Origin: Allobaculum fili
GTDB lineage: Bacteria; Bacillota_I; Bacilli_A; Erysipelotrichales; Erysipelotrichaceae
NCBI RefSeq assembly: GCF_020969955.1
Contig: NZ_JAHDSX010000001.1
Location: 90,001-122,000 of the forward strand
DNA length: 32,000 nucleotides
Direction: 5' to 3'
Below are positions 27,094 through 32,000 of the stretch, piece by piece. Both the position numbers and the translations under genes were made by a program. The stretch's first letter is position 1; each line of letters starts with the position of its first letter. Under the pieces are notes generated by a model that worked only from the letters and a program-made list of their open reading frames with translations, made no database searches and was not told where the DNA came from.

Positions 27094-28001
27094 ACCATCT
27101 GTTAAAACTCCAGGACTTATCCGCTGAAGAAATCGTTCGGATCCTCGATCTGGCCGACCAGCTCAAATACGAAAAGAAACACGGCATTGAACATCCTTAC
27201 TTAAAAGGAAAAGCCGTCGGACTCATTTTCCAGAAATCGTCCACAAGAACCCGCGTTTCCTTTGAAACCGGCGTCCATCAGCTCGGCGGACAGGCGCTGT
27301 TCCTGTCTTCCAACGACTTGCAGATCGGACGCGGCGAACCGGTACAGGATACAGCCCGCGTGCTTTCCCGCTATCTCGACGGTATCATGATTCGTACGTA
27401 CGAGCAGAAAGAAGTCGAAGATCTGGCTGAATATGGATCCATCCCCATTATTAACGGTCTGACCGACTACTGCCATCCTTGCCAGGTGCTCGCCGATCTG
27501 ATGACGATCCGCGAAAAGTTCGGCAAGTTTGAAGGCCTGAAAATGGCGTACATCGGCGACGGCAACAACATGGCCAACTCGCTGATCGTCGGCGGTCTGA
27601 AGATGGGCATGGACGTCGCGTGCGCTTCGCCTAAAGGCCATCAGCCCGATCCAGCCGTTCTGGAATTCGCGAAGGAATTCCCGGGCAAGTTTACGCTGAC
27701 TGAAGATCCAAAAGAAGCCGTCAAGGACGCGGATGTCGTCTTTACCGACACCTGGGCGTCGATGGGCATGGAAGCCGAAAAGGAAGAGCGCATGAAGCTG
27801 TTCCAGGGCTATCAGGTCAACGACGAACTGCTCGAACTCGCCAAGAGTCCGGTTATGATCCAGCACTGCCTGCCGGCGTACCGCGGTCAGGAAATTACCG
27901 AAAAAGTTTTCGAAGAACACGCGGACGAAATCTTTGAAGAAGCCGAAAACCGTCTCCATGCGCAGAAAGCCGTCATGGTTCTGCTCATGAAAGACGAATA
28001 G
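27090..28001 (+). CDS. argF: Ornithine carbamoyltransferase
   Basis: STRTRVSFE, HPCQVLADL and HCLPAYRG motifs are present. The start overlaps the argD stop (ATGA). Confidence 0.93.
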   Translation: MNHLLKLQDLSAEEIVRILDLADQLKYEKKHGIEHPYLKGKAVGLIFQKSSTRTRVSFETGVHQLGGQALFLSSNDLQIGRGEPVQDTARVLSRYLDGIMIRTYEQKEVEDLAEYGSIPIINGLTDYCHPCQVLADLMTIREKFGKFEGLKMAYIGDGNNMANSLIVGGLKMGMDVACASPKGHQPDPAVLEFAKEFPGKFTLTEDPKEAVKDADVVFTDTWASMGMEAEKEERMKLFQGYQVNDELLELAKSPVMIQHCLPAYRGQEITEKVFEEHADEIFEEAENRLHAQKAVMVLLMKDE

Positions 28002-28227
28002 GCTGCCGGCTTTCGAATCGGTACAAACCGCAGATTTCCTTTACAAACCGCGAAACGATACGCGATTTCAGCAGAACACCCATACTTGTACTGCCGCTGC
28101 GCGATCCATATCCACAGGCTTTCGCTTTTGCCGGATGAATCGACTCCATACTCCTTTCCAGACGCCTTTCTGGCCGCTTTGGTTTTAAAACGGATTTCCC
28201 GGCAAAACACAAAGTCAGGTACCCCAA

Positions 28228-28275
28228 AAGGTTTTCCGCATGTCTTTACCCTGGACATGCAGAAAACCTTTTTTC
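28228..28275 (+). terminator. Rho-independent terminator, likely the end of the argCJBDF transcript
   Basis: aaggttttccgcatgtc (28228-28244) pairs with gacatgcagaaaacctt (28254-28270), giving 17 bp with 1 mismatch, followed by a T-run. It lies about 225 nt after the argF stop. Confidence 0.7.
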
Positions 28276-28443
28276 GCTGGATCCGTTTTCCCGAAGAACG
28301 AGGCAAAAACAGGGGAGGGACGCGAAAAAAAGGGACAGAATGCCCGCTTCAGGACTACGCTGAACGCGGGAGAATTTCGTGAAGACGTGAAACGCGAAAC
28401 GCGCAAAGAAGAAAAATGAAGAAAAAAAGAGGAGGCGCAAAAA

Positions 28444-29274
28444 ATGATGAAGGCAGAAAAGCATACAGACGAGATCCGAATGATTTTCTTTGATATTGAC
28501 GGCACGCTGATCGACATGAATACGAAGGTGATCAGCCCCCGCACCGTTGAAGCGCTTTGCCTGCTCCAAAAGGAAGGCGTTCGTATCGCCATCTGTAGGG
28601 GCCGCTCGCCCATGCAGATTCCAAAGTTTGAAGGCGTAGAGTTTGATGCCCTGCTTTCTTTTAACGGCTCTTACGCGACCGATCGGGACGGTCAGGTCAT
28701 CTGTTCCTCGCCGCTCGATCCCGATGATGTGGAAACAATTCTGGCCAATACGCAGGCTATTGGACGCCCCGCTGCGCTGGCGACAACCGAAGAAATTATG
28801 GCCAACGGCACCGACCAGGATCTGAGCGATTACTACGCCATCAGCAAAGCCCGTCTGATTCCCGATCCGGACTTTGACAAACACCGTAAAGGCAAGTGTG
28901 TCTATCAGATCATGACGGGCGGACGCAAGGACGAATACGACTCCATTATGAAAAACACGAAAAACGCCAGAGTGATGGCGTGGTGGGACCGGGCGATCGA
29001 CATCATTCCGGCAAGCGGCGGAAAAGGCGTCGGCGTCCAGAAGGCGCTCGATCATTACGGTCTGACCAGAGAACAGGCGGCTGCCTTTGGCGACGGGGAC
29101 AATGACCGGCTGATGCTGGAAGCCGTAGGACTTGGCGTCGCCATGGCTAACGGCTCTCCCTCGCTTAAAGTGATTGCGGAGGATATCTGTCCGAGCGTGG
29201 AAGAAGACGGCATTTACCAGTACTGCGTCGCACAGGGCTGGATCCATCCGGAAACCGGGGATGCCAAAGTCTGA
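28444..29274 (+). CDS. Cof-type HAD-IIB family hydrolase (sugar-phosphate phosphatase-like)
   Basis: FFDIDGTL is HAD motif I and FGDGDNDRLMLE is motif IV. A strong RBS (agaggaggcgcaaaaaATG) precedes the start. Confidence 0.9.
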   Translation: MMKAEKHTDEIRMIFFDIDGTLIDMNTKVISPRTVEALCLLQKEGVRIAICRGRSPMQIPKFEGVEFDALLSFNGSYATDRDGQVICSSPLDPDDVETILANTQAIGRPAALATTEEIMANGTDQDLSDYYAISKARLIPDPDFDKHRKGKCVYQIMTGGRKDEYDSIMKNTKNARVMAWWDRAIDIIPASGGKGVGVQKALDHYGLTREQAAAFGDGDNDRLMLEAVGLGVAMANGSPSLKVIAEDICPSVEEDGIYQYCVAQGWIHPETGDAKV

Positions 29275-29330
29275 TCCGACCGGCTCTGTTTTCACTCTGC
29301 GTTATTAAGAACAGACGAAGAAAAACCAAA

Positions 29331-29370
29331 ACGCATCCGGATTGTAAAAATCTGGATGCGTCGTTCTTTT
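29331..29370. terminator. Stem-loop between the convergent HAD and XRE genes
   Basis: acgcatccgga (29331-29341) pairs with tctggatgcgt (29351-29361), with one G-U pair. The left flank is A-rich and cgttctttt follows on the right. Confidence 0.55.
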
Positions 29371-29429
29371 CCGTGGTGAAGAAGAAACAGATCCCCTGAA
29401 GTAAGAAAAAAGTCAGATTTGGATCCGTC

Positions 29430-29807
29430 CTATACGTCGATTTCGCGATCCTGCAGGCTCTGGAGGGCGGCTTTCTCCTGGTCAAAACGAAGAACGCCTT
29501 CCAGGATGTATTCCATCAGATGCTGCTGGTCTTCGTCGAGCCGGCTGATCAGCAGCAGAAGCGTCTGACTGCGTCCGGATTTACCCGCGCCGGTCAGCAG
29601 AAAATCACAGGAGACGCCAAAAGCCTCGCTGAGTTTAATCAGCGTTTTCAGCGAAGGGGAAGAGAGCCCCCGCTCCAGATTGGAAATATACTGGGTATTG
29701 ACGCCGATAATATCCCCCAGAGCTTCCTGGGTATAGCCTTTTTTCTTTCGACACTCGTAGATCCTTTTGCCAATTTCAATGCTGAGTTCATCTTTTTCTT
29801 TTTTCAT
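29430..29807 (-). CDS. XRE family helix-turn-helix transcriptional regulator
   Basis: IGKRIYECRKKKGYTQEALGDIIGVNTQYISNLERGLSSPSLKTLIKLSEAFGVSCDFLL is a canonical HTH_3 (Cro/C1) domain. The protein is 125 aa. Confidence 0.88.
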   Translation of the reverse strand: MKKEKDELSIEIGKRIYECRKKKGYTQEALGDIIGVNTQYISNLERGLSSPSLKTLIKLSEAFGVSCDFLLTGAGKSGRSQTLLLLISRLDEDQQHLMEYILEGVLRFDQEKAALQSLQDREIDV

Positions 29808-30074
29808 AAAATCAACCCGTATAAACCGCGCCGAGCCGAACAGATGAAGGATCGCATAGCCGTCTCGATTAACTGGAAGCGCATGATGATTCCATTGTAA
29901 TTAGCATAAGATGAATAAAACACAACCCAGAAGTGGATAAAAACTAGAACTATAAGAATTAGATTCTCCTTTAATGCGTTGCGTTTTCAACCTTTTTGGA
30001 TGGTTCTGTGTCCGCTGGCAGGTTCCCGGACGGAACAGCAGTCCGGCTGCTGAAAAGCGTGAATTCAGAATTCA

Positions 30075-30120
30075 GAAAAAAGCCGGATTCTCTTCATTGA
30101 AAAACAAAGAGGATCCGGCT
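30075..30120 (-). terminator. Rho-independent terminator ending the 7TM/DUF2871 operon
   Basis: agccggattctct (30081-30093) pairs with agaggatccggct (30108-30120), giving 13 bp with 1 mismatch. On the minus strand a T6 run follows (plus-strand aaaaaa at 30075-30080). Confidence 0.7.
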
Positions 30121-30202
30121 TTGTAATGCGGGGGATTTTCCTGGAAAAGGGGGCAAAAGCGATGGGGGAGAGAAGGTCGGTGTTTGAAATCGAAGCTTCG
30201 CT

Positions 30203-30634
30203 TCAGTCTTTGGCCGCAAAAATCGCCTTGCGAATTTCCAGAAGAAGGAGAACCAGGCTGACGCCCAGAACAATGTGGCCGATACCGGCAATGCCGGAAA
30301 TGGCGGCGCTTGCGCCGTGTGAGAGCGGCGTGCTGAACACCTGGAGTGTGCCGCGCACCAGCATCATAATTTCGGTCAGAATCAGACCGAGGTTGTAGGC
30401 AAGAATGATGTGATCGGTCTTCTTTGTCGTAAAGGCGAAGTTCTTTTCCAGCAGGACGAGAAACAGGAACATCGCCATCCCTAACATAAAGAAATGGGGA
30501 TGGACGACGGAAAGCATCGTCTTGCCGGTATAGCCGACAAACTTGGGCAGTTCGCGGAAATAGACACCGCCGACCATGGCCAGAAGCGCATAGACCAGAG
30601 CGGTATTCATGTACTTTTTCATGGATTGTTTCAT
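30203..30634 (-). CDS. DUF2871 family small membrane protein
   Basis: MNTALVYALLAMVGGVYFRELPKFVGYTGKTMLSVVHPHFFMLGM matches my memory of the DUF2871 N-terminal pattern. The protein is 143 aa with 4 TM helices. The RBS is gaaaggaaaacgcgagtATG. Confidence 0.75.
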   Translation of the reverse strand: MKQSMKKYMNTALVYALLAMVGGVYFRELPKFVGYTGKTMLSVVHPHFFMLGMAMFLFLVLLEKNFAFTTKKTDHIILAYNLGLILTEIMMLVRGTLQVFSTPLSHGASAAISGIAGIGHIVLGVSLVLLLLEIRKAIFAAKD

Positions 30635-30665
30635 ACTCGCGTTTTCCTTTCTTCGCTTTACGCGT

Positions 30666-31340
30666 TTAAGCCGAGGCTTTCTGGGATTTCTTCATCGCGC
30701 TATAGCCGATCAGAACGGTCCAGACATACGCGCATGTCTTCGGGATCATTAACATGCCGATCGCTGGAACTTTCGAGGCGAACAGTACAACGGGAATGTA
30801 GAAGGCAAAACTCAGAACGATCGTCAGCCACATCCATTTAAACGCCTTGTCCTTGGCGGCTTTGGCACTGCGATAAAACAGAACGATCATGAGCAGACCG
30901 AGCAGCGCGAACGGGATGTTGCGGTAAATGCCCCAGGAGAGCGGCTCATGCGTGGATGTCCACGCGTTTTGGGGGAAGAGGCAGAGCGCAATCCGAATGA
31001 TGGCCAGACACCAGACGATAATCGTCAGGTTCTGCGTATGTTTTGGGTGATAGCGCTCCTTCCAGACGGAATAAAGCAATACGTAAAAAATGGTCATCGT
31101 AATGGATGTGATGAGCTTTCCGATGCCCAGCGCGGCGGTGTAGTGATCCAGACCGGTGGTACAGAGAGCGACCATACGCGGAACGAGATGGAACGCGTCG
31201 CCGCATCCCAGAATAACGGCCATCCATCCAAAGAGACGGTATTGTTTCACACCCTTGCAATCGCGAATCATTAAAATGCCGAGGGTGATGACGGTAAACA
31301 GATAAACCACATCAAACAGGGTTTCCAGAATAGCCTGCAT
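30666..31340 (-). CDS. Seven-TM integral membrane protein of unknown function
   Basis: The protein is 224 aa with 7 predicted hydrophobic helices. A strong RBS (gaaaggagtcttactATG) precedes the start. I do not recognise the family. Confidence 0.75.
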   Translation of the reverse strand: MQAILETLFDVVYLFTVITLGILMIRDCKGVKQYRLFGWMAVILGCGDAFHLVPRMVALCTTGLDHYTAALGIGKLITSITMTIFYVLLYSVWKERYHPKHTQNLTIIVWCLAIIRIALCLFPQNAWTSTHEPLSWGIYRNIPFALLGLLMIVLFYRSAKAAKDKAFKWMWLTIVLSFAFYIPVVLFASKVPAIGMLMIPKTCAYVWTVLIGYSAMKKSQKASA

Positions 31341-31419
31341 AGTAAGACTCCTTTCACGATCAGACTTTCCAGAACTAAATGTACGCTATGTAAGCGGCAG
31401 AGAAGATCGATGCGCCCAG

Positions 31420-31448
31420 ATAATGTGAACAATGTTCACTTTTGACAA
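31420..31448 (-). promoter_or_regulatory. Promoter with an embedded perfect palindromic operator (putative TetR site)
   Basis: On the minus strand: TTGTCA (31448-31443), a 17-nt spacer, then CATTAT (31425-31420). The spacer holds GTGAACA-N-TGTTCAC (31425-31439), a perfect 7+1+7 palindrome. Confidence 0.55.
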
Positions 31449-31481
31449 AAAAATTGTTCTGAGGCAGGAAGGCCTCAGAAC
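31447..31481 (-). terminator. Rho-independent terminator of the TetR gene
   Basis: gttctgaggc (31456-31465) pairs perfectly with gcctcagaac (31472-31481). On the minus strand aattttttt follows. The stem includes the TetR stop codon, and the T-run abuts the -35 of the next promoter. Confidence 0.65.
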
Positions 31482-31981
31482 AGAAGCCGGTCGGCGGCGG
31501 TCAGAATCAGGGAAGGATCGTAGTTTTCCTCAACAATGGAAGCCAGAAGCAGGGAAAACAGAATCTGCGCTGCCTGTTCCGACGAGAACGCAGGGTCGAA
31601 TCGGTTTGCGGAAATAGAGGGGTCCTTTTCGATCGTCTGCGTGATCGTACGGACGATCTGCTTCCAGGTCCTTCGCATGAAGACGGAGCTTTCCTGCCGT
31701 TCGTTGCTGGCGATCAGGCGGGCGTGCATGGTCGCAAAGCCTGGATACGTATGAAAGACGTCTTCCATCTGCGCATACCATTGCTTCAGCAGGGCCTTCA
31801 AGTCGTTCTGTTTCAGAAAGCCTTCAGGTAAATGGAAAATTTCCTTCCATATGCTGATGACGGTGGCGCTGACCAGATCGCTTTTCGAAGGAAAGTAATG
31901 GTAAAGACAGCCGACCGAAACCTGGCAGGCGCTCGAAACGTTCCGAATGTTTAAATCGTTCCAGCCCTGTGTCGAAGCCAT
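31475..31981 (-). CDS. TetR/AcrR family transcriptional regulator (N-terminus apparently short, at the window edge)
   Basis: NIRNVSSACQVSVGCLYHYFPSKSDL is the TetR helix2-turn-helix3 region. Only 10 residues precede it, and an in-frame TGA lies at 31997-31999. Confidence 0.75.
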   Translation of the reverse strand: MASTQGWNDLNIRNVSSACQVSVGCLYHYFPSKSDLVSATVISIWKEIFHLPEGFLKQNDLKALLKQWYAQMEDVFHTYPGFATMHARLIASNERQESSVFMRRTWKQIVRTITQTIEKDPSISANRFDPAFSSEQAAQILFSLLLASIVEENYDPSLILTAADRLLF

Positions 31982-32000
31982 ACGACGACACGTTTTCAGA

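Noticed and set aside
27985-28227. A minus-strand small ORF (MESIHPAKAKACGYGS..., about 54 aa) preceded by GGAAAGGAG, in the argF-HAD spacer.
   Set aside because: The SD ends only 1-2 nt before the ATG, which is too close. The ORF overlaps the argF 3' end and has a basic low-complexity composition. It sits on the argF side of the 28228-28275 plus-strand terminator, inside the argF 3' UTR and antisense to that transcript.
28246-29295. A 349-aa minus-strand ORF covering the HAD hydrolase locus; it is longer than the plus-strand ORF.
   Set aside because: The plus-strand frame carries canonical HAD motifs (DIDGTL, GDGDND) and a strong AGGAGG RBS. The minus-strand product has no recognisable features and would run through the 28228-28275 terminator.
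30666-31340. The 7-TM protein has a Lys in the last helix (MLMIPKTCAYVW), which raised the idea of a microbial rhodopsin.
   Set aside because: There is no RYxDW-type helix-3 motif, no Asp four residues before the Lys, and no carotenoid or retinal genes nearby. The resemblance is limited to helix count.

Overview
This 32 kb window looks like ordinary chromosome from a Gram-positive, Firmicutes-type genome. Supporting signs are a T-box leader, a PTS/LacI sugar module, AGGAG-type ribosome-binding sites and many rho-independent terminators. By eye the GC content is roughly 55%, except for an AT-rich first 1.6 kb.

Gene content from left to right:
- A 5'-truncated AT-rich polytopic membrane protein (GT-C-like).
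- brnQ.
- A YbjN-like acidic protein.
- A lysine module: M20 amidohydrolase divergent from lysA-dapF, then a GNAT.
- A tightly overlapping four-gene glycan operon on the minus strand: Wzy-like, GT2, GT4, DUF4422.
- A sugar PTS permease with EIIA-EIIC-EIIB order, then an EEP-family (MapP-like) phosphatase, with a convergent LacI-family regulator.
- A YoaK/DUF1275 membrane protein.
- The arginine pathway split into a T-box-controlled argG-argH unit and an argC-argJ-argB-argD-argF unit, separated by a 475-bp spacer that carries a purine-rich tandem repeat.
- A Cof-type HAD phosphatase.
- An XRE regulator.
- A TetR regulator followed by a promoter with a perfect palindromic operator that drives a 7-TM protein and a DUF2871 protein.

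I saw no rRNA, tRNA, CRISPR array, transposase, integrase or recognisable defence genes. I cannot point to a clear-cut new system. The best candidates for follow-up are:
- The TetR-controlled pair of unknown membrane proteins.
- The Arg-specifier T-box, which is followed by an Arg-codon-rich mini-ORF.
- The repeat-bearing spacer inside the arg cluster.
- A possible small hydrophobic ORF whose stop overlaps the XRE regulator's start codon.
- The unusual domain order of the PTS permease.

All functional calls rest on motif recognition in the supplied translations. No database search was run.
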